DNA of 64,000 bases from Balanoglossus misakiensis (Eukaryota; Animalia; Hemichordata), in contig CM082578.2 in the NCBI GenBank assembly GCA_040954595.2, positions 10,361,166 to 10,425,165 of the forward strand. Direction: 5' to 3'. Below are positions 41,801 through 54,614 of the stretch, piece after piece; within the stretch, counting starts at the first letter, position 1; each line of letters starts with the position of its first letter. A program made the translations under genes and the position numbers. The notes beneath the pieces were generated by a model. That model ran no database searches, was not told the origin of the DNA, and saw only the letters and a list, made by a program, of their open reading frames with translations.

Positions 41801-44800
41801 AATTGTACATGCATCTCTCTGTAAATGAGATGGACCATTTAAAATGATAATTACTTTTCAGGTGAGTGGACATTTTATTAATATTGATTTGAAAAAAAAA
41901 TATGGCCGCAATAATATAATAATTTCATTTTTCGTGAAGCAGCCAGACAGGCTATTACACTAAATGCATTATTTATTTATTGTGTGTATATTTTAGAGGG
42001 GCAACCTTGACTGATTCACCCTGTCGAGTTAAGACCCACTGATCGTATTTCTCCTTTTGTTACAGTTACTACACCCACCATCTTTAGGCAGATTTCACAG
42101 CAGTGCAGCTAAACATAATGTCAGGGGAAAAATCACACAAAAATACATACATGCTCTGTTACAATCACCCATGCTTGGGATGGATCAGAACAAAAGATGT
42201 AAAAGGCTAACAACTGTTATGATCCGAGAATTCTGTGAAAATATTGATCTCTGTCACGGAGTTCAGCTCATCTGATCCGATCAGTGCTGACAGAGATGCT
42301 TGCAGTTTACTGATGCACAGGTCAACATTGCCATTGTGAGAAAAAGAACAGCTTTTCAATGAACCTTTATACATGTAGGCATTCGTATTCTGTAATAAAC
42401 CAATTTTACCCTTATTCCTTGCCAAAAGATTCTGAGGAACATATTTTTCCTGACCAAACTTGAAATGTAATGCTTAGATATGCTTCAATAAATTGTAACA
42501 AAAAAATAATAAACTATTAAAGAAATAATTAATCAAATCATTAAAAAAATTTAAATGTGTATGAAAATTATACTTTCTAATGTGGGTCGCATTCCAATTT
42601 GTATCCTCAATATTCTCATAACTGTCATTATCCACTTGTACTCCCTTATCTTGATGTAATTTGTCGTTATATTATCATCATACGATGTTCGCACATCATT
42701 CATAGTCTCAATGGCATCTTTCATAATGGTCCCTACACCGTCTTACATCGATTGTATTTTACACACATCCCATTGGTACACTGCAAGTCCCTGATCAGGT
42801 TATCAAATCTTGTAATTTTTTTCTTCATCTCAAAGAATGATTGATATTACTCCATTCCACCCAATTTATTTTCCATCAATAACTTTAGAGTAGAGCAAAT
42901 GGCCGGTTGATTCCATTTCTTGAAATGCGGGTCCAACAGGTCAGGAAGAGGGATTATTCATTTTTAGCATTATAATCATGTTTTTCTTTTTATTCAAGTT
43001 CTGCCTTGAAAATTTCAGTCCATTTCACGCCAGTGATTGCTATATTGCAGTGGTTGCTCAAAGAGCTGTATCGTAATGACCTTTGACCCCGCCGGAGCCA
43101 TCTTCATTACAATTCCGCAAACAGCCATAAATCTTTGGTTTCATTCTGAGTGGTTGGTGATGATCTTTGTGCGCTAGAGCATTATAGTCTGGAAACTTAC
43201 CAGCATCTGTTGTTACGGAAACAATAATGAAACCGTTCAGCTGGATGTGAATTCTGACGAAGATGTGGGGAGAATTATGAAGTCAGTAGTAATTTTATAT
43301 TTAACGCAAACAGAGGTAGTGAAATGAAAAAAGAAAGCATATTTGAACATTTAAATTTTATATAGATAAATGATTTGAGCACTGTGTGGGGCCAGCAAGC
43401 CCCAAGAGCTTGAAAACACAGAATCAGATGATTAAATTTTTAATGCAAAATTGGACAGAATTTTACTAATAATGTTTTGTATTCCCATTTGCTTTGGTCA
43501 CATTGTTCAAATCATATTATTGGGATACAGCAAACATCCTTTCTCGAGGGAGAAAAACTGCTTCCCCAGTAAAGAAACCTTTCCACCTGCTCACATTTTC
43601 TATTAGAGTAGAATTTGCCATCTTAACTTGCCACATACTCTGTACAATACAATAAATGGAAGGCCACGCAACAGCCATTGCTGAGTAATAAAACCTTGAC
43701 AGGTAATAAACTCAGTGACTGATAATGGGTGTTTATTCTTATTTTGCGTGCAGTGTGGACAACACTGCAGGGGATGTCGATGTTGGAGGAAAATATTTCA
43801 AAACATAAAAAACCCACCTACAGTGTGATGCGTTCTATGTACAAGTGACATCACACCTGCCTGTCACTATAGCGACACAAATCTATACATGTAACACCTT
43901 TTAATCATCAAACATTTGCTTCAACAAGGTTGTTTTCTCTGACATGAGCCAACTCCTGTAAAAGTACTTGGTTATGATTCGGTGTTTGCACGGCAATGGT
44001 ACATACAGAGTTGCTGTATTATTATCACTTGATACACACAGCTATTCCACTGTTTAATTACACAATAAAAAGTCATTCTGCAGCAAATAAAAAAGGATAA
44101 AATACTACTAAAGAAAGAGACCCATGTCTCAAATTGACTGTCAAGATTTTTATTTGCTCATCAAATTTAAGATTGTGGAATTTGTATATGAGGTGATTGT
44201 GAGAGTGAATATTTAATATTTGAGTTGCTCTTGAAAGATGAATAGTGACTCTCTCAATTGAGGGTTCTTGCATCTGAACAAATGTTTTAAGAGTCAACAA
44301 CACAACCACACTGGGAACTACTCAGTCTGTTATGATAACACTTGTTTGCTGAAAAGTCAATAACGTTTCTTTGAAATAGGACTTTTAAAATAAATTAAAC
44401 TGTGATATTCTCATTTTGATGCTTTCATTTTGTTGTACTATTTCTATGTGACTACCCTCATTTTGCGAGTGGTATTTTTGTGGTAAAATAACTTCTCCCG
44501 AATCAGACTTTCATGATCTGAGAAATGTGGGCGGATAAAATCACAGTTCCTGCATCCAAAGACACGTAAGAAACAACAGTATATCTTGTGGTTTGTTTTG
44601 TGTGAGCAAACAAGAAGACTGCAGTGACATAATGCAGACTGAATGATAGTGACATTGATATGTCGCTTTGTAATCTAGACTCGAATCCATCACACTTTAC
44701 GTTCACGCTTTAATCTTCCACGCAGAAACAATCACAACAGAGGGTCTTGCCTCAATGAGTCTAATATTTGACCATGTTATATTTACAGCTTTGCCATTTG

Positions 44801-46261
44801 GCTGAAGTTTACATCCTCGTCTTAAATTTAGAGGCAGGCTGGAATGGAAACGGCTTTTTGATGGCAATCACTCCACATGGCCGTGAAATCCAGCTTTTTA
44901 TAGGTCTGCCAACCCTCCCTTGAATACACATTAGTTAAGGCTTTGAGTAAATCTGTCCTTCTCATATGTAATACATACTTTGGTATGTTTCACTGATGTG
45001 CATTTACCATTAATTATGATGCGATGGTTCAGAAATTACCAACAAGTAGTGTTGCTGCCATCAGAGTCACTGATTGGCTGCATGGCAGCTCAGATTTACA
45101 TATCAATAGCCAGGAAAGAAACAATTGATGCAAGGTAACAACACAGGTCACGTGGGTCCCACGCGCAAGTTCAATCTGCAATGCTAACGAAGATTAGATC
45201 CGCGTTCTTCTGACTCAAATAAAGCTCAGATTGTCAGCTGAGATAATTTGTCATATAAATAGCCAGCTGTCAAAGTCAATAGACCAATTATCAATCACTC
45301 AGAGCTGGTTTTACTTGTATTAATCATATCGAAGGCCTTCCTTTGACAATGTAATTGCGAACCGACTTTTCATCATGGCTATATTGACTGGTGCATTTAA
45401 CATTGACCATTTATAATACTTTCACTCAGACTTGTCAAAATCAAATTACTACTGCCAACTAAAAATTCAGTATTGTAAGGGACAATAATTATACAAAATC
45501 AACTTTTTTACAGCTGTCATGTTTTTGATGATTGATCTTCCCAGAGTTTTACGACAGAAATCAATTTTACAAATGAATCTGCCAATAACTTTATGTAAAA
45601 ATCTAACTTCATGTTCTCAGAAAAATCAAATGCTAGTACTTCATCTAATAAACACTGCTTTCTGTAAACAAATATATGGTTGTCGCAAAGATTTTGATGA
45701 AAGTCTCTCTTTATGAATCGTTTCATATCGATGAGAGAATTTTATGATCGCACGAGATTTGACTTTTACAACGAAATAAAAAGCGCGCTTTTCCTCATTT
45801 TCTTGACACGATCACGAATATTTACCTATTCCGATGCCTACGATTAATCTTCCGACAATGAGGGCGACCTTACTCGGCGCTGCTCCGGCAGTGACCGCAC
45901 CAATGGTAAGTACTCCGGAGGCGATGAAGATTACGGGCCGACGTCCCAGCCAGTCGTTCAGAAAGCCGCCTACCAAAGCGAAGACGGCCGCGGAACCTAT
46001 AGTGATGGCCACGATCAGTTCTTGCCACAAGTGAGTCATTGCAGGGAAATGCTGCCTCAGTAGAATCATCGCGCCGGATATCACACCGGTATCGTAACCG
46101 AAGAGAAATCCGCCGATCGCCGCGAAGACGGTGAAGACGATAACGAAACATGATTGGGGAGCTCTCCTCCTGTAGCTGTCCACAAGACGTTCCCTGCTCC
46201 CCTCGCCGACGCCGCTCGCCGACGACAAACTTTTCAGATCCATAGAATCGGACGTATGCAT
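29874..46261 (-). CDS. SLC2A13: Proton-coupled myo-inositol transporter HMIT, isoform using the proximal first exon, about 604 aa
   Basis: Exons: 46261-45826, 38731-38572, 38225-38014, 32036-31925, 31576-31413, 31178-31058, 30816-30575, 30365-30213, 30088-29874. Motifs [44 protein letters not shown], Cys-rich loop C..C....HCGFC...[23 protein letters not shown]. Confidence 0.95.
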
Positions 46262-47895
46262 GACTTCTTTCCTTCTGCCCGTCAGATTTCCAAGAAAAGC
46301 AAATTCTGCCGATCAAAACGACGTCGCCATGTTGACGCGAGCGATTCACGCGCGCATTCCAATTGCGCATCGGCAAATTTCATTTTCATATTATTATTAC
46401 CTATCCTACGTTTACTCCTGCATGACGGTTCGTGATCTTATATGAAACATGTGAAAAATCACGTTTTCACGCAGACTTGAGGATCTGTAGTTGATTCTGT
46501 CATCCGTTCCATCGCATCAACGACCGTGAACTATCCACGTTCGATGTCCGTGCGCGCGAAGGCCGCCGCGCCGTCATTCAAGTCTACTCTTATATTTTGT
46601 CGCATATCTCGCGCTCGGATAACACACTTGAAAGTTGTCGAAACAATTTGGATGGCAGTGTCACAGCACCAATGCGGCGAAAATAATGACAATTTTAAAA
46701 GCTTTATTAAAATGCATCTTTCCCGGGCATCTTTATTGATGCATCACTTCGTGAAAACTTTTTTTTTCAAACAAAAAACTGAAAGTGATTTACATTTGGT
46801 TGCCCCTGGCAACTATTACATATCGTGGCTTTAACTTTGTTTATAGCAATTATTATACATACTGCACATTCAAGATCGTACAAAGTTTTATTCGCTAGAG
46901 CCGGCTCAAGGGTCGAAGATGAAAGATTGTCATTTTCCTATCATCATTTTAGCCGGCGTCAAGTGAAGCCGATTTCTTCGTGCGGGAAATGTAGCATCGT
47001 TTTCCGGACTTGTTGATTTCAGTCCTCAGTCGCATCTTTTCCGCAAATTGCTGTTCTGGTCTTCGCTTTGGAAGTCGCTGGTTTCCTCAACCTCAACGGG
47101 TTTCTTCAATTCGCGTCGCCTGCCTTGAGAAACGTGGGGATTTAATTTAACTCTGTGAGAATTTATCGCGCGAGGGAGTGGGCGTTTTTATTTGGTAATT
47201 TATACGTGAAATCGTATCGATCCGGTCGCGGTCGATCTCGAGCGATGCGCTCGTTCATAATGATATAGAGCTGTGTACACACCGTTTTTTGGCAAACAAT
47301 AATTGTTATTTTTTTCCTGAAAACTTAGGTTATTTATCATATAGTGTCATGCGCGCAGATCAAGAAAGTGCCCATAGAGGGCGCGCTTCGACAGGTCTCA
47401 CACGTTAGTTTATGTTCTGTTGTAAGTCAGTGAGTTGGCAAACTGATGAAAACTGCACGATTATGTGTGTGGGTGCAACATTTGTTGTCTAAATAAATGC
47501 TGTATTGAAAAAGCAGCGACACTGCCAGCAAAATGATGAATACTGACTAAATATAAATAATCTGCATAAACACAATGTGGGCGGTGAAAAAATCCCCAGT
47601 GAACTGAACATGCAGGCACTTTGACAGCCAGCAAGCTGATGAAAGTCACCATACATGAATGTACCTTTAAAGAGCTCTAACTATCAGGAAAATAATAATC
47701 AAGCAGGATATCAATTCCATACTTGCCAAAGTTTGTACACTGTGGCTAAATATTTATAAAATGCTTTGAAAAGATAGATATTATCCAACTTCCTATCATA
47801 CATAATTAAAAGCCACACGAAGCAAAAGTCTATGGTTTTCGGGCAAGGTGCCTCTGCAGTATTTGAATGACTTACTTATATGTATTGTCACTTAC

Positions 47896-48439
47896 CTATT
47901 CCACATCCAACTATCAGCCTCCCTGCAAGTATAAAGTTTGGATCCGGAGCCATCCCCATGACCATGGCTCCCGCTGTAAACACAAAACTCGCCAGCAGAA
48001 TGGTAACTCGCCTCCCGAAGCAATCGTTCAAGAAACCTCCAAGCAATGCGAACACTATTGCTCCACCGACGGTAACACCGACAATCAGCTCTTGCCAAAG
48101 GGTACTCAGGTAAAACTTGTGAACAAGCAGGAGCATAGCACCCGACACCACACCGGTGTCGTAGCCGAAAAGAAACCCGCCGATGGCCGAAAAGGCCGTC
48201 AACATATAAAGGTAGCATGGCAGTGTTCTCTTATGACCAGGCTTAATATCAGTCACAGGTTCGTCGTCCGTTCCCTGTCTAGCAGTTGCATTCTCGTTGA
48301 TGATGAGGGGATCTGTCTCGTCTATCATGCCCTCCTCGAGCACATCACTCATGATTTGGCCTTCGTCGTTGTTTCCAAGCGAAACCATTTCCAGATCTAT
48401 TTGCAGGCCGCCGTTTTCAACACTGTCGTATGAGTTCAT
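47896..48439 (-). CDS. SLC2A13: Distal alternative first coding exon of SLC2A13 (acidic N-tail plus TM1-4); isoform about 640 aa
   Basis: ATG 48439, open to a phase-1 GTAAGT donor at 47895. Encodes [16 protein letters not shown]...WQELIV...GRR...GRLIVGCGIG, paralogous to exon 46261-45826 and in the same phase. No second set of downstream exons is visible. Confidence 0.85.
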
Positions 48440-49617
48440 AACCCATTCCAGAAACAAATTGCAATGTTGGTAGTGAGCAGGGTTAAGGGTCGAGAGAAAG
48501 TTACCACGACGACCGACGACGCTGGACAAACCGATGCTCGTGTAACAGGTAAATAAAGAACTTTCTCAGAAAACTAAATGTCGATTCTTCAGAGATGTGC
48601 GTTAATTTTACAGCAAAATACGGTTTATGAATAGTTTTTCACCAAAACTGAAGCGACATCGAGTTGTGTTAATGTATCAACACTCAATGGAACTACAGTC
48701 GACTATCACTTCCGTACTTACAAGTTGCATACCACAACATGCATCAGTGACATTGTTTACTTTTCAAAGTAATTCAGTACTTGTCGTGCTTGCGAATTAT
48801 TTTCATCAGCGGCAACATATTCTCTCTCACGTCCAATCCACGATAGATCATCACGCTATTTGAAGAAACATTTCAGCGCCGAGCCGCCCGTAAAAACACC
48901 AGCGACAACAGCCAGCTGACGTGTACTCGTGCATTGCGCGTTCAGTGAGGTCAAAGTGTAAAGGTGCGTGCGCAGATGTGATGAACTTTGAACCCACACA
49001 GTCTTCGATGGTCTTCTTCTGCTGAGCTCTGCAAAAGAAGTGCATACGTTGATTAAAAACAGTTCAACTGACAGGCACCGGCGGTCATAGTACTTTTCAG
49101 TACACAGCATTCCTTTTAATAAAGGGACTGTGTGGTTGGTGACACCACGAACCCACAATTGCGCTGAATTATCGTGGCTCCATTCATCTTTGAAGTTGCC
49201 TGTTGACAAAATTGAAATACATTATAACCTATGATCGAAACATGACCCATTTATATGTTACAAACTATTTGCACTATGTATCGCCTTGGCACTGTTATCT
49301 GTCAGGGTGATATAATAATTGACACTGCCTCAGATATGTCATTCAGGGCTGGCCTATGTGCCGTATAAGAGATACGCATACGTAATAGTTTCCACCATTA
49401 GTATGAATTTATATGCCTCAGACTTTTGAAGAAGTCCAGCTCAACCTGCCCCTCCCCCCCCCCCCCCCCCGCTGTCTAGATTACAGGAACGCCGTCACGA
49501 CCCCACCGGATCACAATCGTAACAATAGATCGGTTTAGACTTTTTCTGTCTGACGAACCCCCTCCAAAAACAATATATGGTCTGTCCCTCAGATGAACTT
49601 CTGCGCAAGCTGGCAAC

Positions 49618-52074
49618 ATGGAAGTTGGACGCGTTCGCCGTGCGATCCAAGTTCTTCAACAGACTCGAAGACACCGCCAGCTGGCGGAGGTTAATTTGCG
49701 GCGTCGCAGGATTGCAACTACCGCGACGTGTCCACAACAGGTGAAATCGAGACGGGATTTTGTTCTGGAGAGGGAAGTTTTGAGGTTCGACCCGACAACA
49801 CCGGTGGAGGCTGCCGTTACGCCGCCATCAAGCTGGTAAATGCCATTCGGTCAAGTAGAACCATATGGTAGAACATATTGTTCTTTTTTACTGGGAATTT
49901 CAGAAAATGTGTACTTTCTGGCATTTTTTATTGAACTTTGACAACTAACGCGCATTGAACTTTATGACGACGAAGGTAACACAGGACACTAGTGACAGAG
50001 TTGAAATGACGCGCATTTTACCTGGACTCATTATAGTATTATATGCATGCAATACGAAGCAATAAAACTGTGACATAGTTCTAGGAATCAATCTGCATAT
50101 AAGATTAAGAGAGAGGGCTGGGGTAGAGGCAGTGCAGCCAGGCGCATAGCCAGAGGCATATCTATATTGCATGAAGCATACATACTGTCACGGAGAGAAA
50201 TGTGAATAGTCGACAGATACAAAAAGACGATACTGTTAGAATTTCTGTTCGATAAATTTCTCAGCTGGTGTGACATCTACAAAAGTCATTGATCCCCAGT
50301 ACAGCATGACTTTGAAAGCAAAGTGACAATAAGTCTTGGTCATTCTCGTGGATATGTTGAGTAACATCATCTAATAAACGACTCGTTCAAGACACTCAGC
50401 TCAGGTCAGACGGAGTACAAATGATATATTGGCCATTTCTTTCGTTTCCTAGGTTCACAAGTCCCGAGTTCCACGCGTTGGAAAGTGAGACGGTTTTCAA
50501 TGGGCACTGGTTGTTTGTAGGCAGAGAAGATGCCGTTCAGAGTCCGCACGAGTACTTCACAGGTTGTTTGTTTGTACCTAATTTTAGAAATGACACTTGG
50601 GCCACCTAAAATAGAACTATCGCTTATTAGGGACCCCCCCCCCCTTTATAGTTTTGTGTGTCAGTCCCTTATGGTTGGTTTATAGCACCAACGCGGGTCA
50701 TGCGTGTCGCACTTGTGCCAGAATATTTACTGCCAGAAACAATCTTTCGATCGGTGCTGCACATTATCCCAATATTTACAATCACTGTATCAGTAAGTGC
50801 ATATAGCCAGGCCCATAAATTATTGCGGGGCCATTCATCATCCTGGGTTAATTTTTAAAGCGTTCCTACAGTGGGTGGCACCGTTTTACGTGTTATTTTC
50901 AACATTTCTGTTCAAGTAGGCCCATTTCGAGATAGTTGTTGTTCGATTACAGTTTCCAAAAGTGTGCGTCACAGAATAGTAGTAGAAACTCTTTCTACAA
51001 CTATGGTCAATATGACGAGGAACCTGTTTTTGTTAGTAAAGGTTGTGTTGACACTATTGTGTACCGGGAATTTGAGTAGATAACAGTTTTGTCTATCTTT
51101 GATCTTCAATCAAACATCATCATGTCTACTCCTTTGTAGGTATCATTGGAAATAACCCATTTATCGTGTTACGAGACGAAAACAATGAATTGCGAGCATT
51201 CTTCAACGTTTGTCGTCACCACGCTATGCAGATAGTCAATAACCCAGAGGGCAGACTGGAGCAACTTCAGTGTCCGTACCATGGGTGGACGTACGCCCTC
51301 GATGGCAGATTGACGAAAGCTACCCGCCTGCGAGGGATCAAGAATTTCTCAGCCCGCAATTTTGGCCTGAAACCCATGGAGGTGACGACATGGGGTCCGC
51401 TGGTTTGCGTGAAACCGGTTGACACAGGCGAAGGTCACAGTCTCTTCGAAGAGCTGAAACCGTTGAAGAACAGTCTGGACGCGGTGGGTTTCGGCGAGGG
51501 CATGAAGTTCGTCGAGAGAAAGTCTTACACGGTCAAGTGTAACTGGAAGGTCTTCGTAGACAACTACTTGGACGGTGGATATCATGTCGAGATTGCGCAC
51601 AAGGACCTCAGCACTGCGCTGAACCTCAAGTCGTACAAATACGAGGTCCATGACTGGCATTCGATGCAGAGCGTCTCTGGTTTAGACAACGAAGACCGTG
51701 TCAGCGGCGCCGCCCTGTACGCTCACATCTTCCCGAATTTCATGATCAACAGGTACGGGCCGTGGCTCGACACCAACACTGTACTGCCGCTCGCCCACGA
51801 CAGGTGCGAAGTGGTTTTCGATTACTTTTTGGAGAGGGAGTTCGCAGAAGGTCTGGGGAAGGAGAAGTGTGACGACTTTATCAAGGACAGCCTTGCCGCC
51901 AGTGACGTGGTCCAGCAAGAGGATATCTTTTTGTGTGAGGGGGTGCAGCGTGGTTTGACGTCCTCTGCCTATGATATTGGCAGGTACGCGCCAAAAGTGG
52001 AACACGGAGACCACGTGTTTCACGTGCGCCTCGCCGAGATATTCAGAAAATACCTGCGCATTGACAATGCCTGA
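49618..52074 (+). CDS. Choline monooxygenase-like Rieske non-heme iron oxygenase, about 420 aa, with a putative mitochondrial presequence
   Basis: Exons: 49618-49835, 50453-50562, 51140-52074 (1263 nt). FDPTTPVEAAVTPPSSWFT resembles plant CMO (TPPSSWY). Rieske ligands CRHH...CPYHGW; mononuclear Fe site NWKVFVDNYLDGGYHVEIAH...QEDIFLCEGVQ; INRYGPW. The exon 2 donor (GTTGTT) is weak. Confidence 0.92.
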
Positions 52075-53362
52075 TTGGCAGTATCCATCGACTTTTACCA
52101 TAATATAATCTGTCGAACGCTTTTACAATCGGAGTCATGCAGATAGTCACTCCAGGGCCATTGTGTTCTCATTGAATTAAATACTGCAACCTTTCCCACT
52201 GTACATTCAATATAAATATAGTTGCAATATGGATATGTGTAAAATTGAATGCAATAAATGCTGTGAATCAATCTGGTAAAAGTCTGGAAGCATAGAGAAC
52301 ATAGGATTCTCAAGCAGCATATGATAATCACACATTTTCTTGAGAATCGAGATGTTTCCCTACATTGCTTCGTGTAATGGAAGTCGGGAAAATGAATGAT
52401 TTTTTTTATCCCGTGACGTTGTATTCCTCATATTTGCATGCCTCAATAAACATGCTTAGGATTGATACCAAAACCGTATGCTAATATGCATTATCGTTCG
52501 GAGCTGACGTCATTTAATCACGGTGTGGTGGAGTGACCGTGATATAATGTACCAATTATTTTCGATTGAGTCAAGCGGCCGGTGTTCACGGGTTTCCCGT
52601 ATCTCAGAGTACTATATTGGGGTCTGTATTCGTGGTTTCAGAAGTTTGTCGAGACTTGGGGCTGGCGAGTCGTGCTGCCTGGACATCTGTTGGGTTTAAT
52701 GGTGTTTTCGCCCACTATTTGCAATTAAAATAGTTGCTCGTTTTTTTAATTAAACTATATCGAGTACTCGAGTCTGTTCTGAAGCGAAGTCCGACTGATA
52801 TTAAGAGCCTTGTTCAAATTTACGACCCCGCATAATTTAATCACTTTAGTATTAATAGTAAGGGAAGTGAAATATGCCCAGTTTCGGTTCAGATTACCAT
52901 GCCATGCATCATGGGATTGAGTTTACGTCAACAAGTGGCAGAAACTTCACTATAAAAGTAACCCCCGCCCGTGTCTGTGATAACAGCTTTCGAGGTTCCG
53001 TACTGCAGACAACTATACCTCACAACGTGAAAGAAGTAGTTGAGCTAAACATCGTGTGCATACCTACCGTATCGTACAACAAGTGGTAAGTACATCGTAG
53101 GAAATGTTGACACCCTGAAGTCTACGCTATCCAAGATTCGTGTGGGTCAAATGCGGATTGCCTAAATTGCTAGCTGGTCAGTGAGCACTAAACAGGATCT
53201 CGGGTTGACAAGCGTCCCAACCTAACAGATAACACTGGCATTGCCGATTCACCCTAGGGGAGTCTGTGAATGCTACCGTGACATGAAGTGATAAAAACCA
53301 CCCATGTCTTTATTCTTCTATTTGGCAGGCACATCGAGTTCTACTCACATTCGCTGACAAAC

Positions 53363-53734
53363 ATGGTCCCCTACCAGGCTTTCCCTGTCTTTGTGTTATT
53401 CATCAGTGGATATGTGGCCGCTTGTCCCAGTTCTTCGCCGAGGCCTTCCGCCGTGTGCGCCTACTTGTACCGAGATGACGAGTGCAACGCCACGCGTGTA
53501 GTAGCGCGTGTGAATGAAGCCGAAGACTGGATCGGTAACGACATGAACGATGACGTCTCCACGGTAGTTCTCATGTCGGGCTGTCGCATCAAGATGTGGG
53601 AGCACAAATTCTTCGGCGGCGAATCGTGGACCCAAGAAAGCCCGGGAGTGTATCATCTGTCCGGCTGGGTGCGGTGGAACAACGTCGTGTCCTCTTACGC
53701 CTGCACCTGTAAGAACGCTGCGTTTGCTTTCTGA
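53363..53734 (+). CDS. Small secreted syncollin-like / beta-gamma-crystallin-like protein, 123 aa
   Basis: ATG 53363. Signal peptide MVPYQAFPVFVLFISGYVAA followed by CP...CAYLY...C...NDDVSTVVLMSGCRIKMW...WNNVVSSYACTC, a six-Cys pattern resembling syncollin as recalled. Confidence 0.7.
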   Translation: MVPYQAFPVFVLFISGYVAACPSSSPRPSAVCAYLYRDDECNATRVVARVNEAEDWIGNDMNDDVSTVVLMSGCRIKMWEHKFFGGESWTQESPGVYHLSGWVRWNNVVSSYACTCKNAAFAF

Positions 53735-54614
53735 AGAGCAGTAAGCAACGTCGCTTTGGAATTCATGAAACAGCCAATCCCTCCATTTGCATATATGGAG
53801 TCACGTTTTAAAATTTGAAATACATGTACGTCACCAACGTTGTTTCACGGTACTTCCATTATCGCAATTTACCGCACCCGAGTGCGTTCAATTTGAAAAG
53901 GCGAATTTGTCTGTGTGAACCCCCATCAATCCGCATTGTTTTAAACAATCACAGAACTATCGTTTTTTCTGAACATCTCCCCGCGAGACCGTTTCTTAAG
54001 TTCAATTTAACCTGGGCAATGGTTTGACTGACAGTTTAGGCGTTTTTAAAAAATTGCCTTTTCAGCCATTTTATCGGAAATGCTATATCTATAAATGGCA
54101 TGTTATTTTTATCATACTTCTTAAATGCTATGTACATGTATAAAATAATGCATTTTTGAAATATAATAAATATTTTATTCCATTTATATCATCCAAAGTT
54201 GTTGGTTTTATTAATTTTCTTTATTGAGAAAAATAGTTATATTAAACAACCTATATACTTTCCATTTCTACTTGTAAACGTGTTAAAACTATACCGTCTC
54301 CCATATTGAACATTTTCGCTCCCTTAAACCTTCTAATCCCATATTTTGACAAAAATTGGGCTGCCAACGTATATGACCACTGGCGCGAAATCCCAGCTTT
54401 CGCAATGATTTTAGAACTCGTATATTTAGACTCACTCCTTTCCCAATGAGACGCTTTGGGATTTTCGCATTTCCATGTTCAGACTCAAAATATGCCTTAA
54501 AATGTCTCTTTGTCGAATGAGGTGGCAGATCTCGGAGTGAACAATTCTAGAAACTTATAACTTTAAACGCAGCATTTGGCATGAAAGACCTAACTGTTGC
54601 AACGTCATTGAAAA

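Noticed and set aside
47896-48439. A second complete SLC2A13 paralog
   Set aside because: Only about 1.6 kb separates it from the other first exon and no downstream exons lie there, so it is treated as an alternative exon.
48440-49617. TonE/NFAT5 osmotic response element in the HMIT-CMO intergenic region
   Set aside because: The TGGAAA I found (about 49390, minus strand) does not fit TGGAAANNYNY.
51166-52074. Bacterial contamination or recent horizontal transfer of the Rieske gene
   Set aside because: Two spliceosomal introns connect conserved upstream residues, and the gene is embedded among animal genes.
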